Shown here: in pieces, positions 13,700 through 26,984 of the stretch
How the letters are laid out: each line of letters begins with the position of its first letter
Numbering within the stretch: position 1 is the stretch's first letter
DNA from: Mobula hypostoma
Taxonomy: Eukaryota
NCBI RefSeq assembly: GCF_963921235.1
Contig: NC_086097.1
Coordinates: 15,934,001 to 15,998,000, forward strand
DNA: 64,000 nt
Reading direction: 5' to 3'
Position numbers and translations under genes: made by a program
Notes under the pieces: model-generated
Told to the model about the DNA's origin: nothing
Database searches by the model: none
The model's input: only the letters and a program-made list of their open reading frames with translations

Positions 13700-16600
13700 T
13701 CTAAACTGCAACCAGTGATGAGGCTCTGATTGGGGACTTCCAGAGCTTTGAGAAAAGTGGAGTTACCCCTTAGTCATTCATTGCTCCCAGGGCCGCTCTG
13801 ACCCGGAACGTTAGCACCTGAAAGGGTTCCTGCTCAGGATACAAGGGAAGGCCAACGGCAGATCCGGCAGGTTCAGTAACCGAACTTATGACAGAGAAGA
13901 CGGATGAGCTAGAACCTCAAATGTCAACAGCTATAGTACAGGCGGATGAACATTTGGGAAGAGAAATGGCGATTTCTTTAGTTCACCCAACGGTAGGCAA
14001 TATCAAACCACCGTTGCAAGATACTAGGTTTCCTAGAATCTATTTGCTAAGAAAACCATGGTCAAGCTCACAAAATGTATCACACAACAACAGCGTCAAG
14101 GGGATCTTCAAGACAATTCTGAAGATGCTTCGCTAGGTAGGGTTGCTTCTGGTCAGCAGGGGATCTCCGACCGTCATCAAGCTACTGCTCATAAAATTCA
14201 AGTAACACAAAAGAAAATTATTGCCACTTGGAATGTAAGAACCCTATATCAAGCAGGAAGATTGGACAATGTGATAAATGAAATGGAAGGACTAAAGATT
14301 AGCATCATGGGAATTAGTGAAGTTTGTTGGGTAAGTGCTGGAACATGTCAGAATAGAAATAAAACACTAATTTATTCTTGTGGAACATTCCATACTAATG
14401 GAGTAGGAATTCTTATGGATGAAAACATGGCAAAAAGATTTTTAGGACATTGGGCAATATCAGAAAGAGTACTCAGAGGACAACCATTTGATTTAGCTAC
14501 TATACAGGTATATGCACCAACAACAGATGGAACAAATGAGGATATAGATAAATTCTATGAAGAGCCCGAACAAGCAAAGAATGGATGCAAATCTCAAGAT
14601 ACTGTTATTGTCATGGGAGATCTAAATGCTAAAGTAGGACAAGGTGCTGATGGAAATACCATAGGAAAATTTGGACTAGGGTAAAGAAATGAAAGAGGTG
14701 AGAAATGGGTAGAATGGTGCAAGATGAATAATCAGGTCATTATGAATACCTAGTTTCAAAAACATCCAAGACACTTGCGGACCTGGAAAAGTCCAGGTGA
14801 TAACACTAGAAATCAAATTGACTTTATTACTATAAACCAAAGATTTAGAAACTCAGTGACTCAATGCAAAACATATCCAGGTGCAGACTGTAATAGTGAC
14901 CATAACATGTGAAAGTAAAACTTAAAAAACTAAAGAAGCAAAAACCTAAACAATCCCTTGACTACTTGCAATTAATTAACGAAGAAAACTTAAGACAAAA
15001 ATTTACAATTGAAGTAAGGATTAGATTTCAAAGTCTAGAAATAGAATCTGTTGAAGATGATAGCAATCATGCAGAAATGAAATTTAGCTCCTAAAGGATG
15101 CCTTGGTAAAATCAGCAAAGTAGGTGATTCCTAAAAAAGAGAAAAAGCACAAAGAATAAATGGATGACAGATGAAATCAAAAATCTAATTGAAGAGAGGA
15201 GATGGAAGAAAGCAAATCCTATAGAATATAAGTCCTTAGATAAAAAAGTTAAAAGCTTATGTCAAAAAGCCAAAGAAGAATGGTTAAACCAGGAATGTGA
15301 GCAAATAGAAAGAATCCCTATTACTGATCCAAAAAGGTTATATCAACAAATCAAGAATATCACCGGTAAAAAGCTCCTCTGTTCTTCAGGAGGATTTTGA
15401 AAGCAAAGGACGGTACCATTATCATGGAAAAAGATGAGATTATGAACAGATGGACTGAGTATATTCAGGAGTTGTTTGAAGACGATCGAGGCGAGAAACG
15501 AGAAATTAAGAAAAACATTGAAGGTCCAAGTATTTTAAAATCTGAAGTTCATAATGCAATAAATAAGATGAAGAAAGGAAAGGCAGCAGGTCCTGATGAA
15601 TTAGTAATAGAACAAATTATCGTCCTTGAAGATTATGGAATTGAAAAACTGACTGATTTAATCAATGATATTCATGAGACTTGAATAATACCAGAAGAGA
15701 TGAAAAAATCAGTATTTATTACTCTTCTTAAGAAATCTGGAGCAATAGAATGTGAACTACATAGGACCATAAGTTTAATGAGTCATATCACCAAGATACT
15801 TCTAAGAATTTTGATGACAAGAGCTAAAAGTAAGATACAATCTGAAATAGGTAAAGAACAATGTTGGTTTGTGAAAGACAAAGGTACAAGAAACACAATA
15901 TTGATGTTAAGGATACTATCAGAACGAGCTATTCAAGTGCAAAAAGATTTATTTGTTTCATCAACTACACAAAAGCATTTGATAAAGTGAAGCACAATAA
16001 GTTATTTGAAATATTACAGAAAACTCTAGATCGAGATTCAAAAGACCTCCGCCTAATCAGAAATCAGTACTGGGAACAAACTGCCGTTGTAAGAATAGAT
16101 GGAGAAGTGAGTCAGTTTACGAAAATCAAGAGAGGCGTTAGACAAGGGTGTGTTTTCTCCCCTGATCTATTTAATGTGTACAGTGAAGCAATATTACTTA
16201 AAATAAGAGGCATCTTGGGAATCAAAGTTGGTGGTGAAAACATCAATAATTTCAGATATGCAGATGACACTGTGTTAATTGCAAGTACGGAGGAAGAACT
16301 ACAAAATTTAATTGATATAATTGTTGAAGAAAGTGCAAAAATGGGTCTATCTATCAATTGCAAAAAGACAGAATGTATGGTGATATCCAAAAAGAAGGAG
16401 AATCCTATCTGCAGGCTGAGAATAAACAGGGAAGACATAAAACAAGTACAGAACTTTTGCTACTTAGGAAGCTGGGTGACATCAGATGGCAGGTGCGACA
16501 TGGACGTCAAAAGAAGAATAGGGATGGCAAAAGACACCTTTACAAGAATGAAGAGTATATGGACCAATACTAAGCTAGGCATGACAACTCACCTCAGAGT

Positions 16601-17024
16601 ACTGAAATGTTACATTTATCCAGTTATGTTATATGGCTCAGAATGTTGGACAATATTTAGTAACATGAGGAAAAGAATTGTAGCAGCAGAGATGTGGTTT
16701 TTGAGGAGGATGCAAAGAATATCATGGATGAAACGAATATCTAATGTGGATATCATGAACAGAGCAAACACAAAAAGAGAAATAATGTATGAGATCATGA
16801 AACGGCAACATAACTTCATTGGACATGTGATTAGGAAAGAGGAGTTAGAATGCACGGTAATTATGGGAAAGATTGAAGGGAAGAAAGCAAGAGGAAGACA
16901 AAGACAAATGATGATGGAGACAGCAGTCAGAGAACTGGAAATGAATACCAATGAATTGATCCACTTGACCTGAAACAGGAGTGTGTGGGCCATGGCAGTC
17001 ATTGCTCAAACTGGCCATGGCACC

Positions 17025-17056
<32 letters not shown>
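13700..17056 (+). mobile_element. Near full-length RTE-clade LINE (APE plus RT), inactivated
   Basis: ATWNVRTL, QVYAPT, MGDLNAKVG, GVRQGCVFSP, RYADDTV, GHVIRK and GKIEGKKARGRQR motifs; short 3' UTR with (GAT)n tail; several stops and frameshifts; 5' boundary approximate. Confidence 0.93.
17025..17056 (+). repeat. (TGA)n microsatellite, RTE tail
   Basis: About 10 perfect units. Confidence 0.95.
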
Positions 17057-17636
17057 TACTGGCACAGAAAGTTCTCCTAGATGTACTTTAAAAAGAATAT
17101 CCTGCCTAATCCTTTCCACTAAGGCAATCTGATTAATATAGGGGAAGTTAAAATCCCTACAACAACCCTATTGCTTACAATTATCCATGATATGCCTCCG
17201 CAGCAGCTGCTTTGTCTCCTATTGACTGTTGGGAGTCATGCATACTCTAACAAAGTGATCGTTCCCAATTTATTTCTCTACCAACATGGGCTCATTCAAA
17301 GAGCCTTCCAAGATATCATACCTTATTACTGCAGTCTCCTTGATTGATAATGCAACCCACCCCACAACTACCATGCCTGAGTCTCAACTATTTACTAATG
17401 CAGAAAATTTGGCGCATTTTTGATTCATCCCAGTTTTAACCATATAATACTTCGGAAGCATTTGTATCACCATCTGGAAACTCTGTCTCTTGCCACACCA
17501 GCTAAGAGCCAACACATGCTTTCAGGACATTTAATTATAGATTATAGTCACTGTTGATAAAAAAAAATGATTTTAACATTAAAAATCTAACTTAAAACCA
17601 TCTTGATGAAGGTTTACAGTGAAAATGATTACTTAC

Positions 17637-17731
17637 AAATAAGCTAACAACAAGGCCGTCTGGGTTGTAAATGGTTAAATTGTTTTTATAGAAATTTCTT
17701 AATTTGGAAAAGCTTGGGATTATTTTCGTAC
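17637..17731 (-). CDS. CATSPERB: CATSPERB exon (TKIIPSFSKLRNFYKNNLTIYNPDGLVVSLF)
   Basis: Acceptor cattttggcctag, donor TTT|gtaagt; 95 nt; phase 1/0; YNPxGL motif. Confidence 0.9.
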
Positions 17732-18568
17732 CTAGGCCAAAATGAAAAGAAATCTCATCAATTCATTACCAAGATTTGCTTTAGGCAATTTAGGCATATG
17801 AGTCAGTCAATAATCTAGCAAGATAAATGTTGCCCGCTCAATATTTATTGAACACTGTGTGCTTTCCTTAGCTGGAGGATTCTTGAAGTAACTTCTCCCT
17901 GAAAAAATTCGAAGTTGTGAAATTTGAGTCCTCTTGGCCCTCTAGCACAATTATGAGTGATTCACTTGGAAATCTTCGCTTTCCTGCAAACACCTTTAGA
18001 TACTTTCCCATAAGAGAAGGCATAAGCTCATAATTCAAGCAAATATCTATTGGATTGATTACAGAAGATTTGCTATTTAGGTGAAACTTCCACGACGTTT
18101 TTGTTTGTGTCAATTTCCCAAGCACAATGCAGAGTTAAAAAATAGCAATATAAGGATATTTGCCAGAACTCCACAATACTTTTTGCATTTCTAGTCATTG
18201 TTCTGAGAGGAAATATAACCTCTTGTGCATTGCAACCTGTTTACTATAACATTGTGCCAAAATCTATTTTGGTCATTGATCACTAGTACAAGTTTGAGTT
18301 ATGCTGAATCAGCTGATGGTGTAGCAAATATTGCCTTGCATAGGATCTTGTTGAAATCCTTGTGCAATATTCATTCAGCAGAAAAATGATTTGAAGTTTG
18401 GGATAGCACACTCCATCAGACCTGAAATGTTAACTCTATTTCTCCTTACCACATTCTACTTGACCTGCTGAGTATCCAGCATTTTATATTTTTACTTCAG
18501 ATTTCTGGCACCTGCATTTTAAAAAATCCTGTTTTTAATTTCTATTGCCATGCATATAGTTCACTTAC

Positions 18569-18710
18569 TAGTTGCTTTCCAGTTGGTCCGGTTGTTCAGT
18601 TCAGTGATTGTAACAAAGAAAGGAGAATATAACGTCTGATTTTGTTTATGTTTACTCTTCAACCAAAGGGAGATGTTTAAGTCATAGGCTGGATATAGAA
18701 CTCGATATAC
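18569..18710 (-). CDS. CATSPERB: CATSPERB exon (VYRVLYPAYDLNISLWL...SPFFVTITELNNRTNWKAT)
   Basis: Acceptor tatttctgaag, donor A|gtaagt; 142 nt; phase 0/1. Confidence 0.9.
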
Positions 18711-19054
18711 CTTCAGAAATAGAGATAGTGACAGTTGAACAGCAATTACAATATATTGCTAAAAGTGCTATGTTAACAAACAGAATGAGTGCAATTAGAC
18801 TGGAACAATTATTATTGATTACACAGATTATATTAATAGACAGGAGTTACAATGTGGAAGAGTGGACCGGAGGATGCAGCCTCTGAATAGAGGGGTGTCC
18901 ATTTAGAACAGAGATGAGGAGAAATTTCTTTAGCTAGAGAGTGGTGAATCTGTGGGAATTCATTGCCACAGACAGCTATGGAGGCAAAGTCATTGGGTAT
19001 ATTTAAAGCAGATGTTCATTGGTTCTTGATTAATCATGGTGTCAAAGGTTATGG

Positions 19055-19830
19055 GAGCTTCAGGTTTAAGATGGTGGTGGTGAAGCGCAATAACTAATTA
19101 CGGGTGGCAAACAAAACAACGAATACAAGTACTGTATATTCTTTATTAATGACACATGAGCTTGTAAGATTTGTGGTTAACGATCACTGTAAACAATGGA
19201 AAGGTAAGCCAGGTGAGGCTGAATTGAGAGTCAAAGCATGTATGTGCAAGGTGAAGTCAAGGCAAAGTCAGGCCAAGCAGAGGGAAGCAAAGTTGGAGCA
19301 GTGGAGAGGCAAATTTGAGGCCCATCCACATAAACCAAGAGTGAGGTTTGATCGATCTAAGTGCCAGGCCAATTTGAAAAGGTCGGGTAAGGGTCGAAAC
19401 ATGGGGTGGGGTCCAGGCCCAGAGCATAGCAATGTGACAGGGCCCCGGTCCTAATGCGAGGAACAACTCAATATTTGGACGAATTAAATGCCAGGCCAGG
19501 TGAATTTAAAAGGCAGGGAGTTGGGACAAGAGGCGCAGGTCAGGCCAGTTCTGCTCACTGCTCTGTGATGTTTAATTGGCTCTGCACTGAACTGAGGTTG
19601 TGGTCGTAGCTTTCTCCGGATGCTCTAGGACTCCTTTAGTTCTGAATACGATTTGTTTACTTTTATTGTTTGCACAATTTGTCTTTTTTCTCTCTGAACA
19701 TTGGGTATTTGACAGTAAATGGGTTCTTTTGGGTTTCTTTGTTTTGTGGCTGCCGGTAAGGAAACAAATCTCAAGGTTGCATAACATATCCATACTTTAA
19801 TAATAAATACACATTGAAATTTGAACTTTG
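19055..19830 (+). mobile_element. Non-autonomous retroposon with Rex1-like 3' tail, nested in a CR1 3' end (18860-19940)
   Basis: Splits CR1 ggttatggg|gaaggcaggagaatgg; 5' AAGATGG; tail aataaa...(TTTGAA)n. Confidence 0.6.
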
Positions 19831-20014
19831 AAGGCAGGAGAATGGGGTTGAGTCGGATAATAAATCAACCATGATGGAATGGCAGAGCGGACTTGATGGA
19901 CTGAATGGCCTCATTCATCTCGTATGTCTTATGGCCTTCTGGTCTCCAGGTTTTATTGCTTTTCAAAATAAAGGGATTACTATGATTAAAGTAGGTTGTT
20001 CATGGATAAAACTT

Positions 20015-20355
20015 TTTTGGCAGCTCAGGTGTAGTAAGTGTTGGTGTCAGAACCCTACCAAAGGTTGGGAGAGAGAGACAGAATAAAGAAGGAGCAGCTT
20101 TGGGTAAGGCTGGGCTTTTTTGGCTACGCAGATGTGGTAAGTGTCAGTGTCAGAAGCCTACCAAAGCTCGGAGTGAGTATATAAAAGGAGCTGATTCAGA
20201 TAAATCTGGTCTTTTTCTGGTGGCTCAAGCGCGGTATGTGTCTATGTCAGAACCCTACCGAAGGTCAGGAGAGAGAGAGTAATAAAGGAGCGGTTTCAGG
20301 TAAGGCAGGTCTGTTTTGACTGTGCAAGTACAGAAAGAGTCAGCGTCAGATGTTT
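20015..20355 (+). repeat. Diverged tandem monomers of about 100 bp (about 3.5 copies) at a CR1 5' end
   Basis: GTCAGA(A)CCCTACC-like motif recurs at about 20046, 20149, 20246 and 20345. Confidence 0.75.
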
Positions 20356-20931
20356 AAACTCAGCAGCAAATAAAAAGAAGGTACGATCACATGGAGAGGC
20401 CATTGTTGAAATGTGCCAGTGATAAAACAGGAAGGCTTGGTTTAACAAGCATTGGCGAGGATAGGCAGAGGCACAGATAAGAAGAGGTATACTTTTTTTT
20501 AATACAGATTAGTCAGGATGGAATGCTCCTCCTGTAAGATGTGGGAATTCAGGATACCTGAAAGTTTCTTTGATGACTACATCTGCAGGAAGTGCACCTA
20601 ACTTCAGCTCTCATGACTGACTGGGTCAAGGAGTTGGAGCTAAAGTTGGATGTACTCAGGGTTATCTGGGAGGCCGACTATAGATGAGACTTTTTAGGAG
20701 GTGGTCATACCTAGAGTACAGGCTTCAGACAGTAGAGGAGTGACCACCAAGTGAGGTAAGGGGAGTAAGCAATCAGAGCAAGGTTCTGTAGTGGCCATTC
20801 CCCTCAGCAACAAGTATACTTCTTTGGATACTGCTGGGGTGGGGGGGGGAGATGACTCATCAGGACACAGCAGCAGAAGCCAGGCAGGATACAGGCTGAA
20901 ACGTGGGAGTGGGCCCAGCATCAGAGCATAT

Positions 20932-21296
20932 CAATGTGACATGGTTCAGGCCCAGGCCCAGAGCATACTGATGTGACATGGTCCGGGCCCCAGCCCAGAG
21001 CGTATTGACGTGATACGGTCCGGGCCCAGGCCCAGAGAATATTGATGTGACATGGTCCAAGCCCAGGCCCAGAGAGTATTGATGTGATGTGGTCCGGGTC
21101 CAGGCCCAGAGCGTATTGATGTGACGTGGTCCAGGCCCAGGCCCAGAGCGTATTGATGTGACATGGTCTGGGCCCAGGCCCAGAGAGTATTGATGTGACA
21201 TCGTCCGGGCCCCGGCCCAGAGCGTATTGACGTGATATGGTCCGGGCCCAGGCCCAGAGAGTATTGATGTGATGTGGTCCAGGCCCAGAGCATATC
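20932..21296. repeat. 37-bp minisatellite, 10 copies
   Basis: Unit TGATGTGACATGGTCCGGGCCCAGGCCCAGAGAGTAT; starts at 20932, 20969, 21006, up to 21265. Confidence 0.97.
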
Positions 21297-21724
21297 AAAT
21301 TTCTCTAAAATTTGGTTGAGAGTGTCAGGAATGAGTGATTAAAATACCTGGCTTTCTAAGTTTTAGAAAAGATAGAGAAGGAGGTAAAAGTGGGGATGGG
21401 TTGCACTACTGATCAGGGGCAATATCACAGCTGCTCTCAGGGAAAACATAATGGAAGGGGCAGAGACTGAGCCTACTTGGGTAGAAATCAGGAATAGGAA
21501 GGGCATAATGACACTAATGGAAGTGTACTACAGACTCCCGACTAGCCACCCGGGACTTTGAGGAACGGATATATAAACAGATTAAGTAATGTGTAAAAAT
21601 AATAGTGTTGTTGTCATGGGGAATTTCAACTTCTTTAATATACTATAAAAGGGACTCCCTTAGTGCAAGGGGTTTAGATGGGGCAGGATTTGTTTAACTG
21701 TATCCAGGAGTGCTTATACAGTAA

Positions 21725-23133
21725 TGGAGTCACAGAAAAGTGCAGTACAGAAACAGGCCCTTTGGGCCATCTAGTCTACTTAAACTGTCTACTTCTATTG
21801 ACCTGCACCGGGACCACAGCTCTCCATACTCTTACCATCCATGTACCTATCCAAATTTCTCCTACATGGCGAAAGCTACTCTAGATTTACCATTTGCACT
21901 GGCAGATCTTTCCAAACCTCTCAGCACCCTCTGAATGAAGAAGTTCCCCCTCACATTCCCCTTAATCATTTCACCTATCACCCTTAACCCATGACCGCTA
22001 GTTGTAGTCTCACCCAACTTTGGTCGAAAAAACCTGCTTGCATTTACCCTATCTTTTGTATACCTCTATCAAATCTCCTCTCAATCTTTTACGCTCTAGG
22101 GAATACAGTCCTAACCTATTCAACCTTCCTCTATAACTCAGGTCCTCAAGACCCGACAGTATCCTTGTAAATTTTCCCTGTACCCTTTCAATCTTACTTA
22201 CATCCTTTCTGTTGCTAGGTGACCATAACTGCATACAATACTCCCAACTAGGCCTCACCAATGTCTTGTACAATTTCAACATAACATCCTATCTCCTGTA
22301 CTCAATACTTTGATTTATGAAGCCAAAAGCTTTCTTTACAATTCTGTCAGTCAGTGACGCCACCTTCAATGGATCTATATTCCAATATCCATTTGTTCTA
22401 CTGCAGTCCTCAGTGCCCTGTCTTTCACTGTGTACGACCTACGCTGGTTGGTTCTACCAAAGTGCAACTCCTCGCACGTCTGCATTAAATTCCATCTGCC
22501 ATTTTTTAGTCCATTGTTCCAGCTGATCCAAATCCCTCTGCAAGCCATGATAGACTCCCTTGCTGTCCACTACACCCCCAATCTTGGTGTCATCCACAAA
22601 TATGCTGGTCCAGTTAACTACATTATCATCCAGATCATTGATATGGATGACAAACAACAATGGACCCAGCACTGATCCCTGCGGCACTCCACTAGTCACG
22701 GGTCTCCAGTCAGAGAGGCAACCATCTACTACTATTCTCTGGCTTCTCTCAAAAAGCCAATATCTAATCCAATTTGTTAGCTCTTCTTAAATGCCGAGCA
22801 ACTGAACCTTCTTGACTAACCTCCCATGCAGGACCTTGTCAATTGCCTTGCTAATGTCCATGTAGACAACATCCACTGCCTTACTTCCATCAACTTTCCT
22901 GGTAATGTCCTCGAAAAACTCTATAAGATTGGTTAGACACGACCTACCACGCATAAAGCTATGCTGACTATCCTTAATTAGTCCATGTCTATTCAAACAC
23001 TCATAAATCCTGTCCCTTACAATATCTTCCAATAATGTTCCCACTCACCAGCTTATTATTTCCTGGTTTATTTTTAGAGCCTTTCTTAAACTGTGGAACA
23101 ATATTGACTATCCTCCAATCCTCCGGCACCTCA
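21725..23133 (-). mobile_element. CR1 ORF2 3' fragment (nested)
   Basis: SGVPQGSVLGP and RSCLTNLIEFF motifs. Confidence 0.9.
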
Positions 23134-24371
23134 GTTTAAATCAACATGTAGATGGTCCAACAAGAGGAGGGGCTGTATTGGAACCGGTGTTGGGTAATGA
23201 GCCTGGTCAGGTGACTTGACTTTTCAGTGGGTGAACGGTTAGGGGACAGTGACCACAACTCCTTAACTTTTAGGATAGCTATGGATAAGGATAGGTATGG
23301 TCCTTGCAGGATAGTTTCAAACTGGAGTAGGGCAAATTACAAGTTAATCGGGAACACTTTTTTTATGGCAAGTCCTCATTAGACTTGTGGAGGATGTTTA
23401 AAAATCAATTGCACAGAGCACAGGGAAAGTATGTTCCTGCTAGAAGGAAAGACATGGTTGGAAAGATAAGTGACCCCTGGATGTCCAGAGACATGATGAA
23501 CTTAGTCTAGAAGGAAAAGGAAAATTTGTAACGCTTTAAAAGTTAGGATCAAATGGAACACATGAGGAATTTAAAGAAGCCAGAAAAGAATTAAAGAAAG
23601 GAATTAGGAAAGTCAGGAGGGGCCATGAAAAGTCCATGGCAAGTAGGATTAAGGTGAATCCCAAGGCATTCTATACATACATCAAGAGCAAGAGGATACA
23701 CGGGGAGAGGGTAGCACTACTCAAGGATAAAGAGGGGAACATTTGTTTGGAAGCAGAGAATGTGAGTGAGGTACTTAATGAGTATTTTGCTCTGTATTTA
23801 CCAAGGAAAAGGACATGGAGGAACAGGAAGTCAGTGCTGATTGCATAACATGTGAGGGCATTGAGCGGTCGAGGAACAGGAAGTGTTACGTTTCCCAATG
23901 AATATTAAGGCGGTAAGTCCCCAGGGCTTGACATGATTTACCCCATGTTATTGAAGGAGGTAAGAGATGAGATTGCTAGGGCCTTGACCAGTATCTTCAT
24001 GTCCTCTCTAGGTATAGGCCAGGTCCTGGAGGACTGCAAAGAGGCAAATGATGTACCTCTATTTAAGAAAGGAACAAAGGAAAATCCTGGGAACTATAGA
24101 CTGGCAAGTATCCCATCAGTTGTAGAGAGATTGTTGGAGAAAATTCCAAGGGATGTAATATATGAGCATTTGGAAACCCCTGTCCTAATTAAAGAGAGCC
24201 AGCATGGCTTTGTGTGGGGCAGGTCGTGTCTTACCAAGTTGATCGATTTTTTGACAAGGTGACAAGAAGGATTGACAAGGGTAGGGCAGTGGATATTGTC
24301 TACATGGATTTTAGTAAGATGCTTGACACAGTCCCTCATGGGAGGCTAAATCAAAAGATTAGGATGTTGTA

Positions 24372-25316
24372 ATATGATTAGGAATAGTCAGCATGGCTTT
24401 GTCAAAGACAGATTGTGCCTTATGAGCCTGATTGAATTTTTTGAGGATGTGACTAAACACGTTGATGAAGGTAGAGCAGTAGATGTAGTGTATATGGATT
24501 TCAGCAAGGCATTTGATAAGGTACCCCATGCAAGGCTTACTGAGAAAGTAAGGAGGCATAGGATCCAAGGGGACCTTGCTTTGTCAATCCAAAATTGGCT
24601 TGCCCACAGAAGGCAAAGAGTGGCAAAGAGTAGATGGGTCATATTCTGCGTGGATGTTGGTGACCAGTGGTGTGCCTCAGGGATCTGTTCTGGGACCCCT
24701 ACTCTTTGTGATTTTTATAAATGACCTGGATGAGGAAGTGGAGGTATGGGTTAGTAAATTTGCTGATGACACAAAGGTTGGGCGTGTTGTGGATAGTATG
24801 GAGGACTGTCAGAGGTTACAGTGGGACATTGATAGGATGCCAAATTGGGTTGAGAAGTGGCAGATGGAGTTCAACCCAGATATGTAACTGTGAGGTGTTC
24901 ATTTTGGTAGGTCAAATATAATGGCAGAATATAGTATTAATGGTAAGGCTCTTGGCAGTGTGGAGGATTAGAGGGATCTTGGGGTGCATTGATCATGTGG
25001 ATAGTCGGAAGCTTTTTCCCAGGGTTGAAATGGCTAACACAAGAGGGCACAGTTTTAAGGTGCTTGGAGGTAGGTACAGAGGAGATTTCAGGGATAAGTT
25101 TTTTTACGCAGAGTGGTGAGTGCGTGGAATGGGCTGCCAGCGACAGTGGTGGAGGTGGATACACTAGAGTCTTTTAAGAGACTCCTGGATAGGTACATGG
25201 AGCCTAGGAAAATAGACGGCTATGGGTAACCCGAGGTAATTTCTAAAGTAAGTACGTGTTCAGCACAGTATTGTGGGCCAAAAGACCTGTGTTGTGCTGT
25301 AGGTTTTCTATGTTTC
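24372..25316 (+). mobile_element. CR1 RT/3' fragment with internal deletion (nested)
   Basis: QHGF, DFSKAFDKVPH and KFADDTK motifs; ttctatgtttc tail. Confidence 0.9.
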
Positions 25317-26569
25317 TCGGTATGATATCCATGGCGAATTGGCTATTTGGATTCAGAACTGGCTTGCACATAGAAGTCAGAGTGGTGGTCGAAGGGACCT
25401 ATTCAAGTTAGAGGTCTGCAATTAGTGGTGTTCTACAGTGATCTGTGCTGCGACCTCTGCTGTTTGTGATATATGTAAATGACCTGGATGAAAATATAGA
25501 TGATTGAGTTAGTAAGTTTGTGGATGATACCAAGATTGGTAGGTAGAGTTGTAGACAGTGCATAAGAATAGCAAAGAATATAGCACAAATATAAATCAGT
25601 TGCAGATATGGACAGAAGAAATGGCAGATGGAGTTTAACCCGGATAAATGTGATGTGTTGCACCTTGGTAGGGTAAATGCAAGGACACTAAACAGTGTTG
25701 CTGAGCAGAGAGATCTTGGGGTCCAAGTTCATAGCTTCATTAAGGTGGCTACAAATGTCAATACGGTGGTTAAGAAGATGTATAGAATACTTGCTTTTAT
25801 TAGTCGAGGCATTGAGTTCAAAATTCAAGAGATTATGTTGCAAATTTATAAGACTGGTTAGGCCAAATCTAGAGTATTGTAACAGTTCTGGTCGCTCCAC
25901 TATAGGAAGGATATTGAGGCTTTGGAGAGGGTGCAGAAGAGGTTTGTTTACCAGGATGCTGCCTGGTCTAGAGGGCACGTACTATCATGAGAGGCTGGAC
26001 AAACCTGAGGTATTTTCTTTGGAGCAGTGGAGGATCTGATAGAGATTTATAAGATTATGAGAAGCATAGATAGAGTAGACTGGAGGTATCTTTTTACCAG
26101 GGTAGAAAAGTCTAATACCAGAGGGTATGCATTGAAGGTGAGGGGGTAGGTTCAAAGAGGGTATGAGAGGGAAGTTTTTACTCACAGACTGGTGGATGCC
26201 TGAAATGCATTGCGTGGTATGGTGGTAGAGGCAAATACATTACAGGCTTTTAAGAGACGTTTAGGTAGACCCATGAATATGAGGAAGATGAAGGGATATG
26301 GATATTCTGTAGGTACGATAAATTAGCTTTTGAGGTTTTTTGATTTATTTTTTAGCTGGTTTGGCACAACATTGTGGGCCGAAGGGCCTGTTCCTGTCCT
26401 ATGTTCTATAGTGCTCATGAAAGAAGATATCCAGAATGGAAAATATGTCGCTATTGAATTCAAGCTTATTAATCATTAGTAGAAGATTGGGTCTTCTTAA
26501 ATTGTGTTCAGCTATCCCTCCAATACACCCAAATCCTGATTCCCTTGCTTGGGTTTAGGACCTTTACAG

Positions 26570-26980
26570 ATACACAACAGATCTTCAACTTATAACTTTG
26601 CTGACGATCCAACCATTGTTGGCAGAATCTCAGATGAGAGGGTATATAGGAGTGAGCTATACCAGCTAGCTGAGTGCTGTTGCAGTAACAACCTTGCACT
26701 CAACATCAGTAAGACCAAAGAAATGATTTGTGGACTTTACAAAGATAAGATGAGAGAACCTACATAAATCCTGATAGAGGGATCAGAAGTGAAGAGAGAG
26801 AGCAATTTCAAGTTTTGTGGATGTCAATATCTCGGAGGACCTAATCTGGATCCAACATATCGATGCAGCTATAAAGAAGGCAAGGCAGTAGCTATACTTC
26901 ATTAGGAGTTTGAGGAGATTTGGTATGTCATCAAAAATACTCGCAAATTTCTACAGACGTACCATGGAGAGCATTCTAAC
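26570..26980 (+). mobile_element. Rex1/Babar RT fragment
   Basis: FADDPTIVGRIS...NNLALNISKTKEM. Confidence 0.8.
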
Positions 26981-26984
26981 CAGC

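Larger units (their letters stand above)
20010..26410 (+). mobile_element. Old full-length CR1 fragmented by three nested insertions
   Basis: Order: 5' monomers, ORF1 (ECSSCKMWEF, about 20515), APE (21320-21715), ORF2 (23134-24366), RT/3' end (25317-26410). Reading continues across the inserts (CIQE|LNQHVDGPTR; KIRM|DIHGELAIWIQNW). Confidence 0.85.

Noticed and set aside
13700..13920. HDV-like ribozyme in the RTE 5' UTR
   Set aside because: Such ribozymes occur in some RTEs, but I could not assemble the nested double pseudoknot by eye; it needs a structure search.
17868..18125. 85-aa minus-strand ORF as an extra CATSPERB exon
   Set aside because: Flanking exons already join in phase without a gap; no recognisable homology.
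20932..21296. CRISPR-like 37-bp periodicity and repetitive ORFs
   Set aside because: Units are contiguous with no unique spacers, there are no cas genes and the context is eukaryotic; it is a minisatellite.
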